Positions 9,301 to 17,780 of a stretch of DNA of 64,000 nucleotides are shown piece after piece. The translations under genes and the position numbers were made by a program. The DNA lies in the sequence record MW250785; one strand, given 5' to 3'. How positions within the stretch are numbered: the first letter of the stretch is position 1; each line of letters starts with the position of its first letter. The notes under the pieces are model-generated. The model was not told where the DNA came from. It made no database searches and saw only the letters and a program-made list of their open reading frames with translations. The stretch comes from Escherichia phage UPEC03.

Positions 9301-9870
9301 ATGCGCTTTTTAAAATACGCAAGCTGGTTTGTACTGGTTCCCCTGGATATTCTGTCCGGTGTTCTGGCTATTCTGCTGGCTCCTTTCGTGGTTCCGTTCT
9401 ACAGTGACGAAACAGGACATTTGCCTAAAGGGTTCCGTTGGATGGAAACATTCGATAACCCGATCGATGGTGATGGTGGACATATCCGGCGTTGGGCTAA
9501 CATCCGGTATCACTTAGGCGCTCTGGGTGTGTATGCGCAGCGTGTAGGCTGGTTGTGGCGTAACAAGGCGTACAACTTCGCTTATAACGTCTTAGGGCGT
9601 GAAGCACAATCAGACTTCGACTGGAAGGGAAACCCGAAAACAGAAGGTGGTTCCGACCCATCACGTCACGGTTATCTGTTGATGTGGAATGATTCGGCAT
9701 GGGGGCTTTATGTCTTCAAACCGTGGCTTAAAGTCGGAAAGGTTCAGTTCTGCTTACGCGTGTATTGCGGGTGGAAACTGAAACAGGAAGTAACTGACCC
9801 TAACGGGCTGGATCGTGCAATGCTGGCGTTCCATATCAACCCGTTACGTTATTATGTCGTAGAAAGGTAA
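9301..9870 (+). CDS. Membrane-anchored hypothetical protein (189 aa)
   Basis: SD GGAG upstream. N-terminal hydrophobic helix [23 protein letters not shown]. Confidence 0.6.
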   Translation: MRFLKYASWFVLVPLDILSGVLAILLAPFVVPFYSDETGHLPKGFRWMETFDNPIDGDGGHIRRWANIRYHLGALGVYAQRVGWLWRNKAYNFAYNVLGREAQSDFDWKGNPKTEGGSDPSRHGYLLMWNDSAWGLYVFKPWLKVGKVQFCLRVYCGWKLKQEVTDPNGLDRAMLAFHINPLRYYVVER

Positions 9871-9874
9871 TACA

Positions 9875-10237
9875 ATGAAAGCATATCAGATTTTAGAAGG
9901 TTTACACACTGGTACAATCTACCTGGAAGAAGGTAATGATGTTCGTGTGGTGGTATCCAAAACCCTCGAAATGGATTCAGTGATCGGTAAAGCTCGCGTT
10001 GCTCCATTCGCAAAACGTGAAGTCGATATTGAATTTCAACCCACTGTTAAAGTGGAAGGTGGACAACACTTAAACGTAAACGTGTTGCGCCGTGAAACTC
10101 TGGAAGACGCTGTGAAGCATCCAGAAAAATACCCACAGTTAACGATCCGTGTGTCCGGCTATGCAGTGCGTTTCAATTCACTGACTCCTGAACAACAGCG
10201 CGACGTTATCGCCCGAACCTTTACAGAGAGTCTATAA
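9875..10237 (+). CDS. grcA: Autonomous glycyl-radical cofactor (GrcA/YfiD-like)
   Basis: 120 aa. The C-terminal ~60 aa ([61 protein letters not shown]) match E. coli GrcA as I recall it, including the glycyl-radical motif RVSGYA. The N-terminal half is unrelated. Confidence 0.85.
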   Translation: MKAYQILEGLHTGTIYLEEGNDVRVVVSKTLEMDSVIGKARVAPFAKREVDIEFQPTVKVEGGQHLNVNVLRRETLEDAVKHPEKYPQLTIRVSGYAVRFNSLTPEQQRDVIARTFTESL

Positions 10238-10518
10238 TGGCGATTGAAGACGTACAGGGCTATAAGCCCCATTCAAAAGAAAAGATCGACAAAGTAAACC
10301 ACATCAAGGCCGCTGAAATTGCCCTGGGCGAAATCTTCAAAGAACTGGATGAAGAGTATTCAAGCGATTACGCGGTATCAGATACCGATTCATTCACCAC
10401 AGAAGAACTCGATGCGATGCTTGAACGTGTCCATCAAATCCAACTGGCGAAAGACCGACTGAAAGAAGCCTCTATGTGGGCGTGTCGTGCGGTGTTCCAG
10501 CCAGAAGAAAAGTATTAA
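10237..10518 (+). CDS. Acidic hypothetical protein (93 aa)
   Basis: TAATG coupling to the grcA-like gene. Confidence 0.55.
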   Translation: MAIEDVQGYKPHSKEKIDKVNHIKAAEIALGEIFKELDEEYSSDYAVSDTDSFTTEELDAMLERVHQIQLAKDRLKEASMWACRAVFQPEEKY

Positions 10519-10523
10519 AATCC

Positions 10524-10552
10524 AGCCGTTGCCGAAAGGTAGCGGCTTTTTT
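10524..10552 (+). terminator. Rho-independent terminator
   Basis: AGCCGTTGCC-GAAA-GGTAGCGGCT (two G-U pairs) followed by a T-run. Confidence 0.65.
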
Positions 10553-10573
10553 CGTTTTTATGCAAAATAATGC

Positions 10574-10602
10574 TTGCACTGAATCAGGCTTTCTTGTATC
10601 TT
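10574..10602 (+). promoter_or_regulatory. Sigma70-type early promoter
   Basis: TTGCAC, 17 nt spacer, TATCTT. The upstream AAATAATGCTTGC is shared with the promoter at 14957. Confidence 0.5.
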
Positions 10603-10643
10603 TAACCACGTAGGCAAGACAACTTAACTTTGAGGATGACATT

Positions 10644-10937
10644 ATGAAAACTTACAACATGAAAGAACTGGTTTGCTTCAACACTCGTCGTGAAGCCCGT
10701 GCGTATGTTCTGGCGGCTGGTAAGAATACCTCTGCTGTAATCGACCTGGGTACTGATAAAGCTGTTGGCGCACGTTGGGCTGCTGTTGTGGTTATCGCTG
10801 CTCCTGTGACTCCTGTTAAAACTCTGGTTCTGGGTGCGCGTAAAGCCGAAACTCTGAAAACCAGCACTTGCGGGGCGGGTGGTGTTCATAATGTTACGGT
10901 CATTCGAAAAAGATCTTTTAATCGAGTCGGTGTATGA
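10644..10937 (+). CDS. Hypothetical protein (97 aa)
   Basis: SD GAGGA 8 nt upstream. The N-terminal 45 aa look protein-like; the Ala/Val-rich C-terminal half is less certain. Confidence 0.5.
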   Translation: MKTYNMKELVCFNTRREARAYVLAAGKNTSAVIDLGTDKAVGARWAAVVVIAAPVTPVKTLVLGARKAETLKTSTCGAGGVHNVTVIRKRSFNRVGV

Positions 10938-11027
10938 AGGTATACGGGGAAAACATAAAGAACAATCTCCGAAGAGATTGATGTAATCAATGAATTTCTA
11001 TGTAGACCATACGTTAAGAGAGTTATT

Positions 11028-11468
11028 ATGAATATTGGTAGTGGTGATTCATACCCATCATGCGCATTGAGCAACTTCGCCCCGCATCCGTTTACGTTTG
11101 ACGGGGTAGAATGTGCATCAATGGAGGGCTTTTTACAAAGTCTGAAATTCAGCAATCCAGATATGCAAGCGCATGTGTGTACGCTGGTTGGTAAAGCCGC
11201 CAAGTTCAAAGGCAAGAAAAAGAAATGGTATCGCGATCAGACCCTATACTGGAAGGGTATGCCGATTCACCGTGAATCAGAAGCATATCAAATCCTGATT
11301 GAAAACGCGTACAATGCTCTTTTCCTGAATGACGGGTTCCGCCGTGCGCTGGCTGCAACCGGAAAAAGTACCTTGACTCATTCAATGGGAAAGAATAAGA
11401 TGAATGAAACGGTACTCACTGAACGTGAGTTTGTCCGAAATTTAACCCGATTGAGAGATCTGTTATGA
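11028..11468 (+). CDS. NADAR / YbiA (DUF1768)-like domain protein
   Basis: 146 aa. LSNFAPHPFTFDGVECASMEGFLQSLKF matches the N-terminal NADAR signature (SNF..PF..DG..Y.S.EH.FQA.KF). Confidence 0.6.
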   Translation: MNIGSGDSYPSCALSNFAPHPFTFDGVECASMEGFLQSLKFSNPDMQAHVCTLVGKAAKFKGKKKKWYRDQTLYWKGMPIHRESEAYQILIENAYNALFLNDGFRRALAATGKSTLTHSMGKNKMNETVLTEREFVRNLTRLRDLL

Positions 11469-11743
11469 TAGGTTATAAAGATTATGATGAAAGAGTAGAA
11501 TGCGCGTTCCTGTTCAAAGGCGCGATTAACCCGTTGGCATTACTCCACGCACAGGGTGCTTTGAGTTCTACCCTGATTATGGGTGTTATCTACAAAGCAG
11601 GTGTGTATTACGTTACCATCGGCGCAAACAACATTAACGTGATCAACAGCTACGTTGAAAAATGTAAGCTGAAAGATATTGTGTTCGATAAAGTCGAAAT
11701 GGATGTTCCAGGCTTCGACGCTGTTTATATGTACAAGGGCTGA
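11465..11743 (+). CDS. Hypothetical protein (92 aa)
   Basis: ATGA coupling to the upstream ORF. Confidence 0.55.
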   Translation: MIGYKDYDERVECAFLFKGAINPLALLHAQGALSSTLIMGVIYKAGVYYVTIGANNINVINSYVEKCKLKDIVFDKVEMDVPGFDAVYMYKG

Positions 11744-11745
11744 TA

Positions 11746-11991
11746 ATGAGTTACGTAATTTATTTCGATTGTTCGGATCTTGATCCTTTCGTTCTGCAAC
11801 AGGCAAAGAAATATCATCAAGATATCACTGGTATCAGTGTCACGAACGATGATATGCTGTGCATCGAATTTGATTATTATCGTACATTTGAGCGTGACAA
11901 ATTCCTTGCGGATATTGAAGCGTTTAAAGTACCCTTTTCTTTGATCGTTATGAGGTTAAATCTTGAAACCAGTTATTCTTACCGACATTGA
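11746..11991 (+). CDS. Hypothetical protein (81 aa)
   Basis: Starts 2 nt after the upstream stop. Confidence 0.5.
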   Translation: MSYVIYFDCSDLDPFVLQQAKKYHQDITGISVTNDDMLCIEFDYYRTFERDKFLADIEAFKVPFSLIVMRLNLETSYSYRH

Positions 11992-12568
11992 CGGGATCGC
12001 CGTAAAATGGCAGTCGGGGTTGCCGTTCTTTTTGTCTAAACACAACATGCCGACCGATATCGCGCTGGATATGGTTACGGATGAAAAGTTCCGCGATATG
12101 ACCGAAATCTTCGGGTGTGATCACCAACTGGCGAAAATTCTCATGGAAGAATACAACAACAGTTCGTTTATTCGCTATCTAAGCGCGTATGACGATGCGT
12201 TAATTGTTATCAACCGTCTGAAAGCCAAATATGATTTTGTGGCTGTCACGGCGCTGGGAACCACTCCTACGGCAAGCCTTAACCGTATTGCAAACCTGAA
12301 CACGCTGTTCCCTTCTGCATTCAAAGAGGTTTGTGTTGTCGGTCACGGCGAAACGAAAGTACATCGTTACCTGGAAGCCAAAGCAAAATATGGCGATCGT
12401 TTAGTATGTTTCATTGATGACCTTGCAGTAAACTTGAATGAGTGTCATAACGTCATCAGTCAGTTGCCGTTATTCCATATGTTGCGTGGCGAACGTAGTG
12501 AACCGAGTGTACCTCATACTAAAGTGAATAACTGGCATGAAATTGAAAAAGCAATTGAGAACTCTTGA
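11963..12568 (+). CDS. HAD-superfamily hydrolase (5'-nucleotidase-like)
   Basis: 201 aa. TTG start with SD GAGGT. Motif I ILTDIDGI and motif IV CFIDD. Confidence 0.6.
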   Translation: MKPVILTDIDGIAVKWQSGLPFFLSKHNMPTDIALDMVTDEKFRDMTEIFGCDHQLAKILMEEYNNSSFIRYLSAYDDALIVINRLKAKYDFVAVTALGTTPTASLNRIANLNTLFPSAFKEVCVVGHGETKVHRYLEAKAKYGDRLVCFIDDLAVNLNECHNVISQLPLFHMLRGERSEPSVPHTKVNNWHEIEKAIENS

Positions 12569-13088
12569 TGAAGAAACGCAAGGTATAGAAAACCTACTAC
12601 AATGTATTCGAGTAGAACCAGAAACCGGAAAATGTTTCTGGTTGGAAAAGAGAAGTAATAAAATTCCTGCTGGAAGTGAAGCAGGTTCTTTTCATAAATC
12701 AAGTGGATATACGCGAATAAAATTCGAAAATGCGATGTACATCCGGTCACGGGTGATATTTTATTACGTTAATGGTTATCTTCCAGTGATGGTTGACCAT
12801 GTTCACGGTGTTGAATGCGGTGATATGATTTCTAATCTAAGGGAGTCCAATCAGGTAACAAATCAACAAAACCGCACACGGAATAAAAATAATACCGTTG
12901 GGTTTAAGGGCGTGTCATTCAACAAGAAATCGCAAAAATATAGCGCCAAAATCACTTTACATGGAGTGACTAAGTGGTTAGGATTTTATGATTCTGCCGA
13001 GGAAGCAAGTGAAGCATATAAGGCCAAAGCACTCGTTTCCTTTACACATAATGAAAGGTACTTAAATGATCTTACAGATTCTAAATGA
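12537..13088 (+). CDS. Free-standing HNH homing endonuclease with AP2 DNA-binding domain (paralog 1 of 3)
   Basis: 183 aa. HNH core VDHVHGVECGDMISNLRESNQVTNQQN and AP2-like FKGVSF..KYSAKI..LGFYDSAEEASEAYKAKA. Overlaps both the HAD 3' end and the ligase 5' end. Confidence 0.8.
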   Translation: MKLKKQLRTLDEETQGIENLLQCIRVEPETGKCFWLEKRSNKIPAGSEAGSFHKSSGYTRIKFENAMYIRSRVIFYYVNGYLPVMVDHVHGVECGDMISNLRESNQVTNQQNRTRNKNNTVGFKGVSFNKKSQKYSAKITLHGVTKWLGFYDSAEEASEAYKAKALVSFTHNERYLNDLTDSK

Positions 13089-14589
13089 ACTCGCTTCGAC
13101 TCTGAAAATTTCAGAGAAGGAAGCGATCCTGAAACGTAATGCAGGTAATGATCTGCTGAAAGAGATTTTCCGCATTACGTACACGAAACAGATTATGTTT
13201 CACATTAAGAAGTTTCCGCAGGTGGACGGTAAGCCAGGCACAACCCCGCTATCGAATGCTATCGCGGATTTGATGTCTGATTTGGCAACGCGAAAATATA
13301 CGGGCAACGCAGCCCGTGATCGTCTGCTGGATATCGTATCATCGGTGAACGAGAATGATCGCGAAGTGCTTCGCCGTATCATTAACCGCGATCTGGAATG
13401 TGGTGCTGGTACAACGTTACCGAACCGCGTATGGAAGAAACTCATTCCAGAACAGCCTCAATGCCTCGCTACGCCGTTTAGTGAGAAAGCCTTAAAACGT
13501 ATTCGCTTCCCTGCTTACTCGCAGCTTAAAGCCGATGGTGCGCGTTGTATGTCCGATCTGTTAGAGAATCAGATCCGCAAAGCAACCCGCGCGGGAAATG
13601 AGTATGAAGGTTTGGTGAATCTGGACAAGGATCTGAAAAAGATTCGTGAATATCTGGGTTATGATGTTGTACTTGATGGAGAACTGATTTATGTCCCTGC
13701 TGAAAAAACTGCTGTCGTTCCTTCAAACAGCGTTCCATTTAGTCTTGCTGGGTTTATGGGCGATGACGACGATTCTGTTTCTGACCTTGTGGCAGATGTT
13801 AGGCGGGAAGCTACCGAGAACGAGACACAAGCGGAAGCGAAACGCGAAGAGGGCAACGGGATTGTAAACAAATCCCTGAAAGGTACTATCAGCGACGAAG
13901 AACAGCGCAATATCGTTTATGTTGTCTGGGATATCGTACCGTATGAAGTATACTATGGCGATGCTCCGAGTGTTCAACCATATTGCGATCGTTTCTCTAT
14001 CCTGGAAGGTGCGCTGGCTGGCTCTGGTGTAACATCGGTTAAGTTGATCCCTTCTATCCTGGTGCAGAACTACGCGGAAGCGAAAAAGGATTACAACAAT
14101 TACCGCAATGACGGTAAAGAGGGTTCAATCCTGAAAAACGTTGATTTCAAATGGAAGGATTCACGCGTTGCGGATCAGGTGAAGTTGAAGAACAAAACCC
14201 CGATTGAACTGCGAATCATCGACGTGTACGAACACACCAAAGAAGCTCATAAGGTCGGAGGGTTCGTGGTTGAGGACTTATCAGGAGAAGCCAGAACAAA
14301 CACAGGTTCCGGTCTGACTGATACGGACTACCGATACGATGAAGACGGTATTAACCGCGTGTACATCCCGTTAGAAGAACGTGGTGAACTGGATCGCGAA
14401 TACATCATGGCGAACAAAGATGACTATATCGGCGCTATCGTCGAAATGGAAGTTGACGGACTCCAGAAGTCTAAAACGCGTAAGAAGGGCGAACCTGAGT
14501 TCAGTTTCTTCTTGCCAATCATCAAGAAGATCCGACGCGATAAGACCGAACCGGATGATATTCACGTTATCTTCGCTGATCTGTTTTAA
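13066..14589 (+). CDS. 30: ATP-dependent DNA ligase (gp30)
   Basis: 507 aa. N-terminus MILQILNELAS and AQLKADGARC (KxDG) resemble T4 ligase as recalled. Has an acidic insertion around residues 225-270. Confidence 0.92.
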   Translation: MILQILNELASTLKISEKEAILKRNAGNDLLKEIFRITYTKQIMFHIKKFPQVDGKPGTTPLSNAIADLMSDLATRKYTGNAARDRLLDIVSSVNENDREVLRRIINRDLECGAGTTLPNRVWKKLIPEQPQCLATPFSEKALKRIRFPAYSQLKADGARCMSDLLENQIRKATRAGNEYEGLVNLDKDLKKIREYLGYDVVLDGELIYVPAEKTAVVPSNSVPFSLAGFMGDDDDSVSDLVADVRREATENETQAEAKREEGNGIVNKSLKGTISDEEQRNIVYVVWDIVPYEVYYGDAPSVQPYCDRFSILEGALAGSGVTSVKLIPSILVQNYAEAKKDYNNYRNDGKEGSILKNVDFKWKDSRVADQVKLKNKTPIELRIIDVYEHTKEAHKVGGFVVEDLSGEARTNTGSGLTDTDYRYDEDGINRVYIPLEERGELDREYIMANKDDYIGAIVEMEVDGLQKSKTRKKGEPEFSFFLPIIKKIRRDKTEPDDIHVIFADLF

Positions 14590-14604
14590 ATAGCACTTTT
14601 TGCT

Positions 14605-14643
14605 AAAAAGCCCCTTGCATGAGTAAGGGGCTTTTGTTATATT
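14605..14643 (+). promoter_or_regulatory. PeSL-type terminator/early-promoter stem-loop (class A)
   Basis: Hairpin 14609-14632 with T-run. -35 TTGCAT (14615-14620) sits in the loop, then a 17-nt spacer and -10 TATATT (14638-14643). Downstream: leader CATCGAAACGAAAC, SD AGGA and ATG 14681. Confidence 0.75.
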
Positions 14644-14680
14644 ACAAACATCGAAACGAAACAGACAAAAGGAACATCCC

Positions 14681-14953
14681 ATGCAAATCACTAAAGAACT
14701 CGAAGGCAAAGTAATCGTTCTGGTAAATGAAGACCGTTTGGCACAACTGGGTAACGGTGGTGAAAAACTGCCAGCGGACGCACTCGAAAGCCTTTCTAAA
14801 ATGCGTGTGATGCGTGTTACTGACGGTTGGGTTACTTGTCTGCCTCTGAACGACGAAGACAAAGCCGTATACGATGCACAAGCGGATTCATGGGATATCG
14901 AAGTACCTCTGGTAAACATCGAAGTTGAAGAGTGCTACGAAATCGAAAAATAA
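14681..14953 (+). CDS. Hypothetical protein (90 aa)
   Basis: First ORF after the PeSL. Confidence 0.6.
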   Translation: MQITKELEGKVIVLVNEDRLAQLGNGGEKLPADALESLSKMRVMRVTDGWVTCLPLNDEDKAVYDAQADSWDIEVPLVNIEVEECYEIEK

Positions 14954-14956
14954 TGC

Positions 14957-14989
14957 TTGCTTACTGGGTAATGTAGTGGTACATTACCC
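14957..14989 (+). promoter_or_regulatory. Early promoter overlapped by a perfect 10-bp stem-loop (class B)
   Basis: TTGCTT (14957-14962), 17 nt spacer, TACATT (14980-14985). Stem GGGTAATGTA/TACATTACCC (14966-14975 / 14980-14989). Leader TATCGAAACGAAAGGAG. Confidence 0.6.
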
Positions 14990-15014
14990 ATATCGAAACG
15001 AAAGGAGAAACATC

Positions 15015-15194
15015 ATGAAAATTATGCACACTGCAAATCAACTTCAAAACGGCAACTACGCTATCCACGATGCTATCGGTGCGCTGGTTGGGGTTTATCT
15101 TCATGGTATCAAACTCCTTGAAGTAAGTGGGAATACCTTTTATGGTGTTGAAAACATCGAAGCAGCGATGGAAATTATCGGTGACCTGAAATGA
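15015..15194 (+). CDS. Hypothetical protein (59 aa)
   Basis: ATG 15015 preceded by AAAGGAG. The track start at 14925 runs through the promoter. Confidence 0.55.
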   Translation: MKIMHTANQLQNGNYAIHDAIGALVGVYLHGIKLLEVSGNTFYGVENIEAAMEIIGDLK

Positions 15195-15382
15195 GTAAGA
15201 AACTCGAAATATTCGAAACTATCAGCGAAGACCCTAATCATCGCTGGTGCTGTGCGAAAACTGGTTTTGATGCTGCATGGGGTGATACTCCAGAACAGGC
15301 GCGTAAAAACTGGGAACACCAACAATTGTTTTTTGCCTGTCGGGTTCCTACCAATTATGAGGGGAGTCAATTGTTAGCATGA
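15191..15382 (+). CDS. Hypothetical protein (63 aa)
   Basis: ATGA coupling. Confidence 0.5.
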   Translation: MSKKLEIFETISEDPNHRWCCAKTGFDAAWGDTPEQARKNWEHQQLFFACRVPTNYEGSQLLA

Positions 15383-15675
15383 AAAATAAAGAATATGACC
15401 CAATAGAAGTTAAAGAGCGGTTATCGGTAGCAAGAAGATTCCTTGAATCTATCGACCCTGATAAACTTGGAAAATGCCCTGATACGATTTGCCTTAATTG
15501 TGGGCGATCCGTAATGGTTGGAAAGTGCTGTGATAATCAGAATATCGTTATCATGGACAGGAAAGAAGTTTCACCGGAAGTATGGGATCGGATTCAAGAG
15601 ATCATCAAAAACCCACCTGAACCGACGAAACGTTTACGCGAACTTATGAGCAGGAAACCACGTTATGAAAAATGA
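15379..15675 (+). CDS. Hypothetical zinc-ribbon protein (98 aa)
   Basis: ATGA coupling. Cys cluster CPDTICLNCG...CC. Confidence 0.5.
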   Translation: MKNKEYDPIEVKERLSVARRFLESIDPDKLGKCPDTICLNCGRSVMVGKCCDNQNIVIMDRKEVSPEVWDRIQEIIKNPPEPTKRLRELMSRKPRYEK

Positions 15676-16039
15676 ACCAAGTAAAACTATCCGCCTGATC
15701 CGTTGGGAAGGGCAAGAAATCCGTTATGAAGACGACGACCGCGAATTCGTCCATGAAATGCTTGCGCATAATCTGGGATTCAAAAACGCCGCACTGGTGA
15801 TGATGCAACAAACCAGCGATGAAGACACCTGGCAATGCGTCATTCTCGATCTGGACAAAAACAAGGAATACACCGAAGATGAACTGTTTGCGCTCACAGA
15901 GAACGCTACAGCGCGTCAGAAGTGCTTCATGATCGATATGCCTCGCGAGAACTACGAGAATATCAAGAAAGCCCGTAAACAGAACAAGAACAACGTGTTC
16001 GACCTGTTCATGGGCTATCATGAAGAAACTACGGCCTAA
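15665..16039 (+). CDS. Acidic hypothetical protein (124 aa)
   Basis: Overlaps the upstream ORF by 11 nt. Its stop codon overlaps the stop of convergent gene 27. Confidence 0.5.
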   Translation: MKNEPSKTIRLIRWEGQEIRYEDDDREFVHEMLAHNLGFKNAALVMMQQTSDEDTWQCVILDLDKNKEYTEDELFALTENATARQKCFMIDMPRENYENIKKARKQNKNNVFDLFMGYHEETTA

Positions 16040-17139
16040 GCCTCACTTGTTTTGCTGGTGTCGTTAGTAGCCGCTGCCACCTGTACACATTCCAATGTTT
16101 GCAGGTGGAAATCTTTTGATACGTCGCGGACACATTCAACGATCAGATACTTCCCTGAATATTCATCCCCTAACACCTCAATCAATGCCCCCACTTTAAC
16201 ATCCATTCGACCCTGATTGATATCAAACCGAATACGTTTTTCATAGCTGGATAACGTCTGACACTTCACAGCCTGGAACGGTTGACCCTGTTTGTCTGGG
16301 TTCTGGAAGTTGTTCTCATATACCGCGTTTCTGTTCATGGTGATCCATGCGTTTTCAATATCGGTACTCGCAAGGATATCACTATACAGTTTTTTATCCG
16401 TCATCGAGAAACTAAAGAAACTTGCATCCCCTAACAGGGTAGTGTTATCCTTATGGGTAATGTATTCACCTTTCGTGAATACCAAAGCGTCACCTAAAAA
16501 CGGGTTACTTACGTTGAACTTGTAAGCCTTTAACGGGGTTTGTGCGAGGATCTCCGTATTGCTTTTCATAAAGATACCGGAACCATCTTCCCACAGATAA
16601 CAGAAGTCAGACGAATCTACGCTCTGCCCGTTGTCACGGATGTAATCAAACACGGTTTCATACGTCCCGCTCAGGCAAGCCGGAGGAATACGCACGTTTG
16701 ATGCGTCGATATGCGGCGTGATCAACTTCATATCGTTATACAGTGCCGTCATGCACTCTGTAATCGTCTGTACGGCGTTGTTACTGAACGAACGGGAAAA
16801 CTTACGACGAAACACCGTATGCACCGGAGAAAGGTTTAGGCGCAGTATAGAGCGGTTCATATCATCGGTTTCGACGTTTGAATACAGAACACCGTAGTAA
16901 TGCTGTTCTAACGTTTCGTTATACTGGAAGGATACCTGAATAATCGGTTTTTCTGTCAACTGATAGATTAACTGGTTATCATAGATCTGCATCAATGTTT
17001 CAGAAGTACCGTTAATGATGGTTTTCTCACTCATTGAGACAAGGGCAGGTAACAATTCAAGATAGACGTTATCAGCGAACTTTTCATATGTTGGATATAA
17101 TTTAACCGACACGACGCGGTTTATAACTTTACTGGACAT
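16036..17139 (-). CDS. 27: Baseplate hub subunit gp27
   Basis: 367 aa. N-terminal VSVKLYPTYEKFADNVYLEL..MQIYDNQ..IIQVS and C-terminal YLIVECVRDVS are collinear with T4 gp27 as recalled. Confidence 0.7.
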   Translation of the reverse strand: MSSKVINRVVSVKLYPTYEKFADNVYLELLPALVSMSEKTIINGTSETLMQIYDNQLIYQLTEKPIIQVSFQYNETLEQHYYGVLYSNVETDDMNRSILRLNLSPVHTVFRRKFSRSFSNNAVQTITECMTALYNDMKLITPHIDASNVRIPPACLSGTYETVFDYIRDNGQSVDSSDFCYLWEDGSGIFMKSNTEILAQTPLKAYKFNVSNPFLGDALVFTKGEYITHKDNTTLLGDASFFSFSMTDKKLYSDILASTDIENAWITMNRNAVYENNFQNPDKQGQPFQAVKCQTLSSYEKRIRFDINQGRMDVKVGALIEVLGDEYSGKYLIVECVRDVSKDFHLQTLECVQVAAATNDTSKTSEA

Positions 17140-17160
17140 TAGACATCCTCCCTTTATATT

Positions 17161-17175
17161 CTATTTACTAAATAG
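17161..17175. promoter_or_regulatory. Divergent late-promoter motifs in the 27/28 intergenic region
   Basis: Palindrome CTATTTA-C-TAAATAG. The + strand reads CTAAATAG (17168-17175), 27 nt before ATG 17202. The - strand reads GTAAATAG. Confidence 0.5.
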
Positions 17176-17201
17176 TAAATATCGGGATACTTGAGGCGAT
17201 C

Positions 17202-17780
17202 ATGAAAGAGAAGAAAAACACACTTGATAAATTTATGGTTACGCGTTTAAACATCAAGAACAGCAAAAATAAAGTAGTCACGTTGCCTACTGGTGAACAG
17301 GTTACGATCCCCCGTCTGGGCTATCGTCATTTCACCCAGATTAAAGCAATGAAAGACCCAATGCAGTTGCTTGAGTATATCATCAAAGAGATTCAACCGC
17401 GCGAATTAACCGCAGCAGAAACCGAATTCCTTTTGATTCACCTGCATTATCACAATGACGATAAAGCAATGGCGATACTGAAAGAGATCGGTATTAATCT
17501 GGATGATATGAAAATCAGCGAAGCTAAGTATGAACATACTTTTGATAACCTTCGATTGGTCTTCAATAAACCGACCCTAATGCTGGATGATCTGGCATTA
17601 CTGCTTAAAGAAGCGTATGACAACGGGAAGCCGATCGAACTGACGGACGAAAACCGTATTCAATTAATTAACTGCCTGTATCGTTATGAATATGACGATG
17701 TAAAACGTGGCGTACTCCAGGAAGTCTATATTGTGCATGAGGGGAAAACCATTAAAGGGCTTAACATCATCGGTGAATGA
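17202..17780 (+). CDS. 28: Baseplate hub distal subunit gp28-like
   Basis: 192 aa, directly upstream of and ATGA-coupled to gp29. Assigned by size and position. Confidence 0.5.
   Translation: MKEKKNTLDKFMVTRLNIKNSKNKVVTLPTGEQVTIPRLGYRHFTQIKAMKDPMQLLEYIIKEIQPRELTAAETEFLLIHLHYHNDDKAMAILKEIGINLDDMKISEAKYEHTFDNLRLVFNKPTLMLDDLALLLKEAYDNGKPIELTDENRIQLINCLYRYEYDDVKRGVLQEVYIVHEGKTIKGLNIIGE

Noticed and set aside
10644-10937. A possible frameshift or pseudogene in the 97-aa ORF, whose Ala/Val-rich C-terminal half overlaps two antisense track ORFs
   Set aside because: No in-frame stop or obvious slippery site is present. I kept it as a single CDS with reduced confidence rather than claim a recoding event.
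14951-14965. TGCTTGCTTA as a T4 MotA box (middle promoter)
   Set aside because: TGCTTA is present, but no TAnnnT -10 lies at the required 11-13 bp spacing. The sequence is better explained as the -35 (TTGCTT) of a 17-nt-spaced sigma70 promoter.
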